Assembly: GCA_048886685.1 (NCBI GenBank) | Contig: JBHLKM010000003.1 | Coordinates: forward strand, 96,001 to 160,000 | Length of the DNA stretch: 64,000 nucleotides | Reading direction: 5' to 3' | From: Candidatus Hodarchaeota archaeon | Lineage (GTDB): Archaea; Asgardarchaeota; Lokiarchaeia; Sigyniarchaeales; SOKP01 | Shown: positions 31,896-41,540 of the stretch, piece by piece | Position numbering within the stretch: the first letter of the stretch is position 1 | How the letters are laid out: the number at the start of each line of letters is the position of its first letter | Made by a program: the position numbers and the translations under genes | Notes under the pieces: generated by a model | Told to the model about the DNA's origin: nothing | The model's database searches: none | The model's input: only the letters and a program-made list of their open reading frames with translations

Positions 31896-32939
31896 ATGGT
31901 TGAAAATTCAAAAAGCTCAGATGATTTGGAGCATAAGGGAGAAGATATTGAACGTATCTCAAAAAGTTTTAATACAAATGAAAAAATTATCGAAAAGGAT
32001 TTTATTCCTCACTACTTTCCAACATATAGAATCAAAAGAAAATTATATCCTGTTCCAATAATTCTAGTTGTAATAATTTCAGGTATATTAGCATATTTAA
32101 CATATGTAGAAGCAGGAGTTCAAATAGAAGGAGGATATTTCTCAGAAAGCGAATATGGAGCAATTGGGGGGATAATTAATGGAATTATATATACGGTGCT
32201 AGCGGGTTTCTCTGCTTTTGTTATTATTTACATTATTAAAAAAAGAGGAGTGGGGACTTTAATATATATTTTTGGAATAGGTTTTGGGATAGTAGCCTTT
32301 TTTCAAACTTGGTTCTTTGGTGAGATAATATTATATCTTTCAGTTGCTAATTATCCTAGATTATACTATACTCTTGATGTTGAATTAATTTTTCTTACAG
32401 CAGTATTTACCATATTTATAATTTACAGATATTTTACCTCAAAATCAATTAAGATAAAAAATTTCATTGTGTTATATATTGGATTACTAATTGGGGCTTC
32501 TATGGGTGTTTTAATGCCTCTTTGGACTACTCTAGCCATATTAATAGGAATTTCGTTATGGGATATGTTTGCTGTTTTGTATAAACATGGACCTATAAAG
32601 CAATTAATTGATATTGTTTCTGAATCTAATGACAACAATATTTCAGAAAAAGAATTAAAAGATAAAATTAATAGCGGAGAATTTAGATATGATACTTCCA
32701 AATTGGAGATCGGAATTGGTGATCTAGCATTTTATAGTATGCTTACATCCAGTGCTCTTGTTCAAACAAATAATATAATCATTATGATTTTAACTTCAGT
32801 AGCTATAATAGTTGGAACAGGAATTACAATAATGGGATTAAAAAGAAATAAAATCCTACCAGGTCTACCTATCTCAATCTTTTTAGGAATTGGAACAATG
32901 TTGCTCTCCTGGTATATTTTTTCATTCATATTTGTTTAA
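31896..32939 (+). CDS. Presenilin-family intramembrane aspartyl protease (A22)
   Basis: About 9 TMs; SLWDMFAVL...GPIK, GIGDLAFYS, LPGLPISI (YD, GxGD and PAL equivalents). Confidence 0.92.
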   Translation: MVENSKSSDDLEHKGEDIERISKSFNTNEKIIEKDFIPHYFPTYRIKRKLYPVPIILVVIISGILAYLTYVEAGVQIEGGYFSESEYGAIGGIINGIIYTVLAGFSAFVIIYIIKKRGVGTLIYIFGIGFGIVAFFQTWFFGEIILYLSVANYPRLYYTLDVELIFLTAVFTIFIIYRYFTSKSIKIKNFIVLYIGLLIGASMGVLMPLWTTLAILIGISLWDMFAVLYKHGPIKQLIDIVSESNDNNISEKELKDKINSGEFRYDTSKLEIGIGDLAFYSMLTSSALVQTNNIIIMILTSVAIIVGTGITIMGLKRNKILPGLPISIFLGIGTMLLSWYIFSFIFV

Positions 32940-33008
32940 CATTAAATTTCTAATTTTTTAAAGTAAATTACATTTTATTTTTTATTACCAAATAAAAGGT
33001 GTATCTTT

Positions 33009-34196
33009 ATCGTAACAATAGATGATATTAAAACAATAGTAGTAATAGGTGCAGGGGTTATGGGTCATGAAATTGCTCAAGTAGCTCTTATGGGCGGTTT
33101 TGAAAATATAATTTTAAATGACTTAAATGAGGAAATTATTAATAAAGCTGTGATCAGAATTAAAAGTGGTTTGGAACGACTTGAGCTAAAAGGTAAGTTA
33201 AATGAAAGTTATACAACCACTAATCTAATGGATAATCTAATAGGGGAGGTTAGTTTAGAAAAAGCCCTATCCAGAGCAGACTTTGTTATTGAAGCAATTC
33301 CAGAAGTTATGAAAATTAAAAAAGATCTTTTTGAGAAATTAGGTAATTATTCCCCCGAAAATGCAATTTTGGCAACAAATACGTCTACAATGAGTATTTC
33401 TGAGATAGCTTCAACATCAGGAAGACCTGATAAAGTTATAGGATGCCATTTTTTTACACCCATAGTCGTACTACGATTAATTGAAATCATTAAGGGAAAA
33501 AAAACTTCAGACGAAACTGTAAAAATAGCAAAAGAAATCTGTCAAAAATTACCCTCTCTTCAAGGAAAACGCTTTTTACCAGTACTTCAAAAAGAAAGTC
33601 CCGGATTCATTGTAAATAGGTTAAATGCTGTTTCTTTTCTCTATTTAAACTGGCTTCTGGAATATTCTATGGAAAAAGGTATAGCCTTGGAAAATTTAGA
33701 TGCAGATGCTGAATCTCTGGCAGAAGTTGGTCCATATGCTAAATTGGATTATCTTGGTCTTGATACAGTATTTAATGCCATGATATATTTCGCAGGAGCT
33801 GTTTCTTCAGATTTTACTCCAGGAAAAACTATAACAAGACTAGTAAGTAAAGGAAATCTTGGAAGAAAAACAGGAAAAGGACTTTTTAATTGGAATGGAG
33901 AGAAATTAAAAATTTCTAAAAAAGAGAAAGCTGGTCTCTTAGACATTGAGCTTCTTATGGCAACCCAATTAAATGAGGGATGTAGACTTTTAGAAGAAGG
34001 TGTAGTTCCTGGTTATAAAATAATTGATGACGCTATGATGGCAGGAATGAACATACCTGGTCCCTTTGGCCCTGGAAAAAGAAATTATGGGAAATGGACA
34101 AATTTATTAGAAGATTTTGTAGAAAAATCAGGTATTACATATTTAAAACCGTGTAAACTGATGAAATCTGGCGATTTTATTAATATGAGAAAATAA
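33009..34196 (+). CDS. 3-hydroxyacyl-CoA dehydrogenase (probable ATC start)
   Basis: Frame upstream of ATG 33060 encodes IVTIDDIKTIVVIGAGV-MG (Rossmann strand plus GxGxxG); EAIPE, TNTS, GCHFF, PGFIVNR, GRKTGKG. Confidence 0.9.
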   Translation: MVTIDDIKTIVVIGAGVMGHEIAQVALMGGFENIILNDLNEEIINKAVIRIKSGLERLELKGKLNESYTTTNLMDNLIGEVSLEKALSRADFVIEAIPEVMKIKKDLFEKLGNYSPENAILATNTSTMSISEIASTSGRPDKVIGCHFFTPIVVLRLIEIIKGKKTSDETVKIAKEICQKLPSLQGKRFLPVLQKESPGFIVNRLNAVSFLYLNWLLEYSMEKGIALENLDADAESLAEVGPYAKLDYLGLDTVFNAMIYFAGAVSSDFTPGKTITRLVSKGNLGRKTGKGLFNWNGEKLKISKKEKAGLLDIELLMATQLNEGCRLLEEGVVPGYKIIDDAMMAGMNIPGPFGPGKRNYGKWTNLLEDFVEKSGITYLKPCKLMKSGDFINMRK

Positions 34197-34268
34197 AGAT
34201 TTTTTCATAAACCTTTAATAAAACTTTTCATAACTTTATTAAAAAAAGGAAAAAGCTTAGCAGTCATA

Positions 34269-35315
34269 ATGTCTTTTATAAACGGTCTTAAGATCTTCTT
34301 TAAAAAACCGTTATATGTTCTCATTTTAGGTTTGTTTATTGTTGCTTGGATTTTAATTTTATTTGGTTATACTATCTTTATTATTCAAGGATATTATCGA
34401 TTTCTTTTCTTCTTTATTGGTATTTTGGCAGGATTTACCCTACTCTTATTCATTTCCACTTTCTTTAAACCAATTGATGATATAAGTTATATTTTTATTA
34501 TCATTATATTTATGATTTCAATTCCGATTATATTAATATTTAAAGGGCTTATTATATCAATAATCATCCCCTTTTTGATAGTAAATCAATTGTTAACAGC
34601 ATTTTTTGCATTTAAATTATGTATGGATTCATCAACTAAAGTTGATGATTATTTCTATGTTAAAGAAAAATCTCGGAAGTTCGTAAGACCATTAGAATTC
34701 ATATTATTTGGATTTATAGCTTTATCAGTATTTGTTATAACATGGAATATAATGCGCCGTTTAACTCCTGGTGCTGCAAAAAGAAGTGCAAATATCTTTA
34801 GAATTATTTTTTGGGTCAATATAATTTTAATTATTATCGTAATAACAAGACTACCTATTACCAAAAAATTAGCGGCATACATTACATTATTTTTTTTATT
34901 AACTTATTTATATATCTTATATATCATAATAGATTTGATTGCCGTTATTATATTTCCAGATACGTTAAGTTTCACTTGGTATTTCTTTATAATTGACATC
35001 ATATTATTCTTTTACATCATCGGTTCTATATTTGATAAAGTAGAATATTTAGAACAAAAATTTAAAATTTTCAAGGTAGAAACATTATCTTTATTTGTAA
35101 TCATATTGAAATTATTTACTCAATTCTTTAAAATTATCCCGGATATTCCTGGTTTAAGAGTCTCTTTTAATTATGTAAAGATACAATTATATTTACAATT
35201 ATTTCTGTTATGGATGTTTGTAATTTTTATTCTAATTTTTGGCATTCATTCGATAATTGTCCATAAAGAAGGTAATAATAAATTGAATGATTTAGGGGAT
35301 AAAAAAATGAACTAA
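34269..35315 (+). CDS. Polytopic membrane protein, unknown function
   Basis: About 10 very hydrophobic I/F/L segments. Confidence 0.75.
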   Translation: MSFINGLKIFFKKPLYVLILGLFIVAWILILFGYTIFIIQGYYRFLFFFIGILAGFTLLLFISTFFKPIDDISYIFIIIIFMISIPIILIFKGLIISIIIPFLIVNQLLTAFFAFKLCMDSSTKVDDYFYVKEKSRKFVRPLEFILFGFIALSVFVITWNIMRRLTPGAAKRSANIFRIIFWVNIILIIIVITRLPITKKLAAYITLFFLLTYLYILYIIIDLIAVIIFPDTLSFTWYFFIIDIILFFYIIGSIFDKVEYLEQKFKIFKVETLSLFVIILKLFTQFFKIIPDIPGLRVSFNYVKIQLYLQLFLLWMFVIFILIFGIHSIIVHKEGNNKLNDLGDKKMN

Positions 35316-35397
35316 TACAATCCATAAATTATAGCATTATGATTTTTTAAATGTATTAAATTTATATTATTAAAGTAAATAATTAAAAACCTATTTC

Positions 35398-35688
35398 ATG
35401 TCCAAACCAGAAAAAGGTATAAAAACAGGATTAGAGAAGATTATAGATTATTTCAATAATAATCTTGAAGAAAACCATCCTATAGCTATTGCGAAAGTTG
35501 TAGAAGACACAGGCTTCTCTTGGAGTTTTATTAAGAAAACATTAGCTAAGATAAAAGAGAATTACGACGGATTTCATTTTGAAAAATCAGGAAATACCTG
35601 GATTACATGGAAAGACCGAGACCACATAATTAAGAAGCTAGATGACACATGTTCTCGTTTTTTAGAAGATTCTGATGATGAGTGTTAA
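35398..35688 (+). CDS. Small putative winged-helix DNA-binding protein
   Basis: IAIAKVVEDTGFSWSFIKKTL helix-turn-helix pattern followed by a beta-hairpin (HFEKSGNTWITW). Confidence 0.6.
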   Translation: MSKPEKGIKTGLEKIIDYFNNNLEENHPIAIAKVVEDTGFSWSFIKKTLAKIKENYDGFHFEKSGNTWITWKDRDHIIKKLDDTCSRFLEDSDDEC

Positions 35689-35789
35689 GATATTATAGAT
35701 TAAATTCATTTGTTTAAAATCTTTCTTTCATATTTTTCAATTTTTTGAAAAATTAATCATTAATCTGTAAAAAATAACTAGATTCTATC

Positions 35790-35838
35790 AAAAAACTTTT
35801 TATTAGTGTGAGATTTCATTTAGTGTGAAGTTTCACAC
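35790..35838 (+). promoter_or_regulatory. BRE/TATA-like promoter followed by tandem operator with palindrome GTGTGAA-gt-TTCACAC
   Basis: aaaaactttttatta, then ttagtgtgagatttca / ttagtgtgaagtttca direct repeat; perfect 7-bp inverted repeat at 35823-35838. Confidence 0.6.
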
Positions 35839-35869
35839 CAAATAAAATTAATGTATCTGGTTAATTCAA

Positions 35870-36814
35870 ATGAAAATTGAAAAATCAAGCCAAGATCTCG
35901 AAAATGAGGTAATATATGCGGGTTTATGTATCCATTGTGGAAGTTGTAATGCTTTTTGCCCGCATATGGATTTTAACAAAGAAACTGGGGAAGCTTATGT
36001 TGTGGATGAATGTGCTGAGACAGTAGGACTCTGTTATAATGCATGCCCTAGAAGTTTTCTCCCTATATCTGAAATCGAACAAAAATTATTCGGGAAGACG
36101 CGTGTTGATTTAGCAGTAGGTGTTTATAATGATATAATTCAGGTAAAATCCAAGAATAAGGATGAAATATTGTATAACCTCGCATTAGCTGCTTTTGAAT
36201 CTGGAATTATAAAACATATGGTTTTGAGTGAACCAAAGAGTAAGAAACCTCCTGTAGCATTCCCAGTTGTCGTAGATAATGCAAAGGATGCTAAGAAATA
36301 TATACCGAAAGCAACAATGGATAATGCAGGACCGCTGATTACTGGCATTGGCGTAGCATATAAAGATTATAAACGCGATATTGGAATAATCGCAAATCCA
36401 TGTCATTTACAGGGATTAGCAAAAATTCTCACCAGTGATTTTAACACCGGAGCAGAAAGAACATCCTTATGTATTGCTTATGCATGTTCCTCTGGGGGGA
36501 TGACTGGTTGTAAATATTGTACTGACTTTTCTGGTGAATTTTCTGATATTTCATATTCACCCTGGGGTGCTCCTAAAGGTTCTGGTGAAGCTTTCTTAAT
36601 AATCAGAACTGAAGTTGGTCAAAAAGTAGTCGATACTGCTGTTAAACAGAAATTAATTGAAATAACCGACCCAAATCCTGATTTATCAGAAATGAAAAAA
36701 TTTCTAAATAAAAAACGCAAAAAGAATTTCTTAACGCTTCTTGGAAAAGATTTAATCACGGCAAAATACTTAGATCTTAATGTTGATGAGTTAAAAGATA
36801 TTCTTGAAGAATAA
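35870..36814 (+). CDS. Coenzyme F420 hydrogenase/dehydrogenase beta-subunit (FrhB/FpoF)-like Fe-S protein, degenerate
   Basis: CIHCGSCNAFCP and C...GLCYNACPR ferredoxin region; NPCH, GCKYCTDFSGEFSDIS, IIRTEVG. Confidence 0.8.
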   Translation: MKIEKSSQDLENEVIYAGLCIHCGSCNAFCPHMDFNKETGEAYVVDECAETVGLCYNACPRSFLPISEIEQKLFGKTRVDLAVGVYNDIIQVKSKNKDEILYNLALAAFESGIIKHMVLSEPKSKKPPVAFPVVVDNAKDAKKYIPKATMDNAGPLITGIGVAYKDYKRDIGIIANPCHLQGLAKILTSDFNTGAERTSLCIAYACSSGGMTGCKYCTDFSGEFSDISYSPWGAPKGSGEAFLIIRTEVGQKVVDTAVKQKLIEITDPNPDLSEMKKFLNKKRKKNFLTLLGKDLITAKYLDLNVDELKDILEE

Positions 36815-36921
36815 CCAATATTTTTATTTCTATTTCTTTTTACTTTTGTTTTTCAACCGTTTACTTAAATTTTAATAGAGTAATTCTTCTTTAAAACGAA
36901 AATCTTCTTGAATTAGATTAA

Positions 36922-37455
36922 TTATGTTAGGATATTTTGTTTTATCAAAATTAAACGAGTTAATGTTTCAAAAATTTTTTTATTATTTTCTCCACTTTTG
37001 GATGAGGTTTCAAAGAAATGGCTTATTTTATATTTTTCTTTAAATTCCTCTGCTTGTTCAATATCTATACTCCGTCTTATATCCGCTAAATCAAGCTTTT
37101 CTCCAACTAAAATAAAAACCGAATTGAGAGTGTTATTATAGACAATATCATACCATTCTTCTAAACTTTCAAAGCTAGTTCTTCTTGTTATGTCATAACA
37201 TAAAAGGCACCCTACTGCGCCACGTGCGTAATTAGGTAAAAAAATTCTGAATCGCCTTTCACCCGCGAAATCCCATATTTGAAGTCTTACGCTAGTTGAA
37301 TTATTAACTTCTATATCAAAAGTCGCGAGATCTGTTCCTATTGTTATTTTCTGGCTTATGAAGAGTCCTGTTATCAACCTCTGTACCATAGTTGATTTTC
37401 CTATGCCCCCATCTCCAACAATAACGACTTTAAAGATTAATTTTCGCTGCGACAT
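36922..37455 (-). CDS. Rab-like small GTPase
   Basis: FKVVIVGDGGIGKS, TIG.D, LQIWDFAGE.RF, YDITRR.SF, GEKLD, ETSSK. Confidence 0.92.
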   Translation of the reverse strand: MSQRKLIFKVVIVGDGGIGKSTMVQRLITGLFISQKITIGTDLATFDIEVNNSTSVRLQIWDFAGERRFRIFLPNYARGAVGCLLCYDITRRTSFESLEEWYDIVYNNTLNSVFILVGEKLDLADIRRSIDIEQAEEFKEKYKISHFFETSSKSGENNKKIFETLTRLILIKQNILT

Positions 37456-37520
37456 GATCCAGAATCTTAATGTTATAAGGAAATCTTAATATTAATATGT
37501 ATAAAGATTTTTATAAAGTT

Positions 37521-38396
37521 TTACTCAATATTTAATTGGTCTTTTATTTTATTATCAAGAGCCTTAAGGTGTTCAAGTATAATAATTTGAATATTCTCAG
37601 GCAAGGATTTAAGAATCTTTTCTAATTCTTCTTTGCTAAAATTGCTAACATCCCGATAGGTTAGAATCAGAGATATGATTGCAATAAGAGGTGATATTAA
37701 CAGGATAAAATAAATAAGAGAAGAATTAGTCATTGGATCTGATCCCGCAATTCCCGTTCCAGGTAGATTAAGGTGAATAATAAAGATTGTGTTTTGATTT
37801 AAAGTAATAATTAAAATGAAATTTAGAATGTTTAGAGCAATGAAAACAAATAAGTTAATTATGGCAATTAATCTATAATTTTTTAATCTTAAAAATGAAA
37901 CGATGGAATCATAAGTTTTAGGATTCTCTTTATTAATTGTGTTAAGATTAATTTCAACTTTTGAATACTTCCATAGATCAACAAAAATCCATAAAAATCC
38001 AAATGTGTATAAAAAAATAAACAACAAGTTAAAATATGGGAAATAATCTTCAACTATATGCGGATTGTAAAGAGATTCGCCCCCTATCCAAAATAATAGA
38101 ATTAATTGGAAAAGAGCTGAGAAAAATAAGCGATTCGCGTGTTTCTTTTCTAAACCTAATGGATTATAAATAATAGGCTTCTCCTCAAATTCAGTTCTCC
38201 ATTTATTTGTATTAACAATTCTAAAAAATATTGAAAAAGCAAAAGAAATAAGCGGAAATAATAAAAGAGATATATTTTCCCATACTTGAGTAATTATTAA
38301 TAGAAAAAGAAAACTAAAAATGATTAAATCACGAATAATGGTTTCATTAAAAAGATCTTTTATTGATATGTAAAAATTATTATTAACTTCACTCAT
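37521..38396 (-). CDS. Membrane protein, unknown function
   Basis: About 6 hydrophobic segments; co-oriented upstream of the Rab-like gene. Confidence 0.72.
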   Translation of the reverse strand: MSEVNNNFYISIKDLFNETIIRDLIIFSFLFLLIITQVWENISLLLFPLISFAFSIFFRIVNTNKWRTEFEEKPIIYNPLGLEKKHANRLFFSALFQLILLFWIGGESLYNPHIVEDYFPYFNLLFIFLYTFGFLWIFVDLWKYSKVEINLNTINKENPKTYDSIVSFLRLKNYRLIAIINLFVFIALNILNFILIITLNQNTIFIIHLNLPGTGIAGSDPMTNSSLIYFILLISPLIAIISLILTYRDVSNFSKEELEKILKSLPENIQIIILEHLKALDNKIKDQLNIE

Positions 38397-38596
38397 TTTC
38401 TTATTAAAAGCAATCTTAATAATTAAACTTTTATGATTAATAGTTTTGAATTATCTGCTTATAGCTTACGAATAAATTAGATTCTATTTCATCAAAGCAT
38501 AACTCTTATTAACCCTAAAAATTTAAATTAACCACACTATTTTATTCCACATCATACATCTTACACATTAAATAGTGTTAAGATGGTGTAGTAAAA

Positions 38597-39694
38597 GTGA
38601 AAAGTGAAAAACTCGGAAGCCGAAAGACGCCTCTCTATGATATTCATGTAAACCTTGGCGCACGAATGGTAAATTTTTCTGGATGGCTAATGCCTGTTCA
38701 ATATGAGAGTATTATTAAGGAGCATGAAGCAGTCCGTTCTAATGCAGGAGTGTTTGATATATCCCATATGGGTGAGTTTCTACTTAATGGTCAAGATGTA
38801 ATTCCCTTTTTACAATATATCATGATAAACGATTTAAAATTATTGGAAATATCAAAGGGTCAATATTCTTGTATGTGTTACGAAAATGGCACTGTAGTTG
38901 ATGATTTAGTTTATTATGAGGAAAAAGAAGATCTCTTTAGAATGATTGTTAATGCTGGTAATATTGAGAAAGATTTTGAATGGTTAAAAAATCATATTAA
39001 TAAATATGATATAAGTATGCAGGATCTCTCATCTGAACGAAGTCGTTTAGCGTTTCAAGGTCCTAAAGCAGACGATCTACTTCAACCACTGGTAGATGTT
39101 GACCTTTCCGAAATAAATAGATTCTATTTTCGGCATTGTAACCTTAATAATATGCCAATATTCATAGCTAGAACAGGCTACACAGGGGAACGTGGCTTTG
39201 AGATCTCATTTGAAAATAAATATTCAGAAGAAATTTGGAATAATTTGACGAATACAGGAGCTAGTCCAGCAGGCTTAGGAGCAAGAGATTCCTTAAGGTT
39301 AGAAGCGTGTTATTCTTTATATGGACATGAAATAAGTGATACAATTACGCCAATAGAAGCGGGATTAAATTGGTTAGTAAAACCAAAGGAAGGTATTGAC
39401 TATATTGGTAAAGAAGTGCTTTTAAAACAAAAATCTGAAGGTACTGAAAGAACTTTAGTTGGTCTAAATTTGTTAGATAAAGGTATCATAAGGGAAAACT
39501 ATAAGATCTTCAAGAATGGAAATCAAATTGGTTATGTAACTTCTGGTGGATTTTCACCTACCCTTAAAAAAACCATTGGATTAGGATTGGTGAAATCTCA
39601 ATATAAAGAAGTGGGGATGGATTTGGAAATCGAAATTCGAGGAAAATTATTGAAAGGAATTACTGTCTCTACACCATTTTATCGAAATGTGTAA
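38597..39694 (+). CDS. gcvT: Glycine cleavage system aminomethyltransferase T
   Basis: KTPLY, FSGWLMPVQY, FDISHMG, RTGYTGERGFE, GLGARDSLRLEA. Confidence 0.97.
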   Translation: MKSEKLGSRKTPLYDIHVNLGARMVNFSGWLMPVQYESIIKEHEAVRSNAGVFDISHMGEFLLNGQDVIPFLQYIMINDLKLLEISKGQYSCMCYENGTVVDDLVYYEEKEDLFRMIVNAGNIEKDFEWLKNHINKYDISMQDLSSERSRLAFQGPKADDLLQPLVDVDLSEINRFYFRHCNLNNMPIFIARTGYTGERGFEISFENKYSEEIWNNLTNTGASPAGLGARDSLRLEACYSLYGHEISDTITPIEAGLNWLVKPKEGIDYIGKEVLLKQKSEGTERTLVGLNLLDKGIIRENYKIFKNGNQIGYVTSGGFSPTLKKTIGLGLVKSQYKEVGMDLEIEIRGKLLKGITVSTPFYRNV

Positions 39695-39728
39695 AAGGCG
39701 TATAAATTTAGAGAAAGAGTGAATACTA

Positions 39729-40124
39729 ATGAGTTATGAATTTCCTAGTGAATTAAAATATACAACAACTCATGAATGGGTAGATTTAAGTGATAATATT
39801 GCTACTGTTGGCATTACTGACTATGCTCAACATCAACTTGGTGATATAGTTTTTGTGGAACTTCCTGTTGTGGGAATTGTATTAGAGAAAGAAAGTAATG
39901 CTGGTGAAATTGAGTCAGTAAAAGCTGTTGGAGATCTTATAATGCCGTTATCAGGAGAAATTATTGAGATAAATGAGAAACTTGCTGAAAGTCCAGAACT
40001 CGTAAATTCATCTCCTTTTGGGGATGGTTGGATGATAAAGATTAAAATTTCTCATGCTACCGAAATTGATGAACTTATATCTGTTGAAAGATATAAAGAA
40101 TTAGTTAAATCAGAAGAACAATAA
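39729..40124 (+). CDS. gcvH: Glycine cleavage system H protein
   Basis: HEW, VGITDYAQ..LGD, IESVKA lipoyl-Lys. Confidence 0.97.
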   Translation: MSYEFPSELKYTTTHEWVDLSDNIATVGITDYAQHQLGDIVFVELPVVGIVLEKESNAGEIESVKAVGDLIMPLSGEIIEINEKLAESPELVNSSPFGDGWMIKIKISHATEIDELISVERYKELVKSEEQ

Positions 40125-40196
40125 TATTTTTTTTTATTTATTCGTTAAATTATTTTTGTTGATTATTTATATCAAATAATAGAGTTGAAAAATTAA

Positions 40197-41540
40197 GTGG
40201 ATTTTGTACCTCACGATAAAAAAACAGTTACCGAGATGTTAAGGGTAATTGGTGTCGTTGATATAGAAGAATTATTCCAAGATATCCCTAATGATTTGAT
40301 TAAAGAAAAGTTGAATTTACCTAAAGGATTATCTGAACCTGATCTTTTTCGGCATTTGAAGGAACTCTCGGAAAAAAATCGAAATTACTTGAGCTCATTC
40401 ATAGGTGCTGGTTGTTATTACCATTATATCCCTTCATTAGTAGATTTTGTTATTTCCAGATCTGAATTTTACACTTCATATACCCCTTATCAAGCAGAAG
40501 CGAGTCAAGGCTATTTACAAGCCATTTATGAATATCAAACATTGATTTCCAGACTTACTCAAATGGATATTGCTAACGCAAGTATGTATGATGGTTCTAC
40601 TGCTCTTGCTGAAGCGGCTATTATGGCCACACTAATTACTAATAAAAAATCTATACTTTTATTAGAAGGAATACACCCCGAATATATTGAAGTTGTTAAA
40701 ACATATTGTTGGGGTCAAGATATTAGTATTAAAATAATAAATGAGGATAAATTAATAACTGAGTTAAATGAAGATATTGCCGCTTTATTGTTCCAGAGTC
40801 CTAATTTTTTTGGCGATGTAGAGGATGTCTCAATATTAATAAAAAAAGTTAGAGAAAAAGCTCCAAAATGTTTGCTAGTTCAAGTAATGACTGATCCCAC
40901 ATGCCTAGGAGTCTTAAAACCTCCAGGACTAACAGATATTGATATCTTTGTAGCTGAAGGACAATCTTTTGGCATAAGTCCATCTTTCGGAGGGCCTGGA
41001 TTAGGGATTTTTACTGCTAAAAAGAAATATCTAAGAAAAATACCAGGTAGGTTGATTGGTAAAACTAAGGAGATTAATGGAACAGGAGAAGGATTTATCT
41101 TAACATTACAAGCGCGAGAGCAACACATCCGACGCGAAAAGGCAAGTTCAAATATATGTACAAATCAAGCACTATGTTCATTGGCAGCATCAGTTTATTT
41201 AATGGCAATGGGAAGAACTGGATTAAGAGAGATTGCAATCCAGAATTTTCAAAAAGCTCATTACCTCAAATTTGAACTAGGAAAAATCCCTGGTTATAAA
41301 ATCTTAAATACTAAACCCACATATAACGAGTTTTTAGTTAATTGTCCTAATATTGATTCTCTTATTATTCAATGTAAACAGCGTAACTTACTTCCACCCC
41401 TTAGAATATCAAAATATTATCCTCAAATGAAAAACACCGCTTTAGTGTGTATAACAGAAATGAATTCAAAAGATTCTATTGAAGCATTTCTTCAAGCTGC
41501 TCAAGTGGCATCAAACAAAAAAGAGGAGGGAGAAATATAA
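40197..41540 (+). CDS. gcvPA: Glycine dehydrogenase (decarboxylating) subunit 1
   Basis: YTPYQAEASQG, ASMYDG, FGGP, REQHIRREKASSNICTNQ. Confidence 0.97.
   Translation: MDFVPHDKKTVTEMLRVIGVVDIEELFQDIPNDLIKEKLNLPKGLSEPDLFRHLKELSEKNRNYLSSFIGAGCYYHYIPSLVDFVISRSEFYTSYTPYQAEASQGYLQAIYEYQTLISRLTQMDIANASMYDGSTALAEAAIMATLITNKKSILLLEGIHPEYIEVVKTYCWGQDISIKIINEDKLITELNEDIAALLFQSPNFFGDVEDVSILIKKVREKAPKCLLVQVMTDPTCLGVLKPPGLTDIDIFVAEGQSFGISPSFGGPGLGIFTAKKKYLRKIPGRLIGKTKEINGTGEGFILTLQAREQHIRREKASSNICTNQALCSLAASVYLMAMGRTGLREIAIQNFQKAHYLKFELGKIPGYKILNTKPTYNEFLVNCPNIDSLIIQCKQRNLLPPLRISKYYPQMKNTALVCITEMNSKDSIEAFLQAAQVASNKKEEGEI

Noticed and set aside
38400-38596. Canonical glycine riboswitch before gcvT
   Set aside because: It lacks the purine-rich GGAGA...CCGAAG and CUCUCAGG core of the aptamer.
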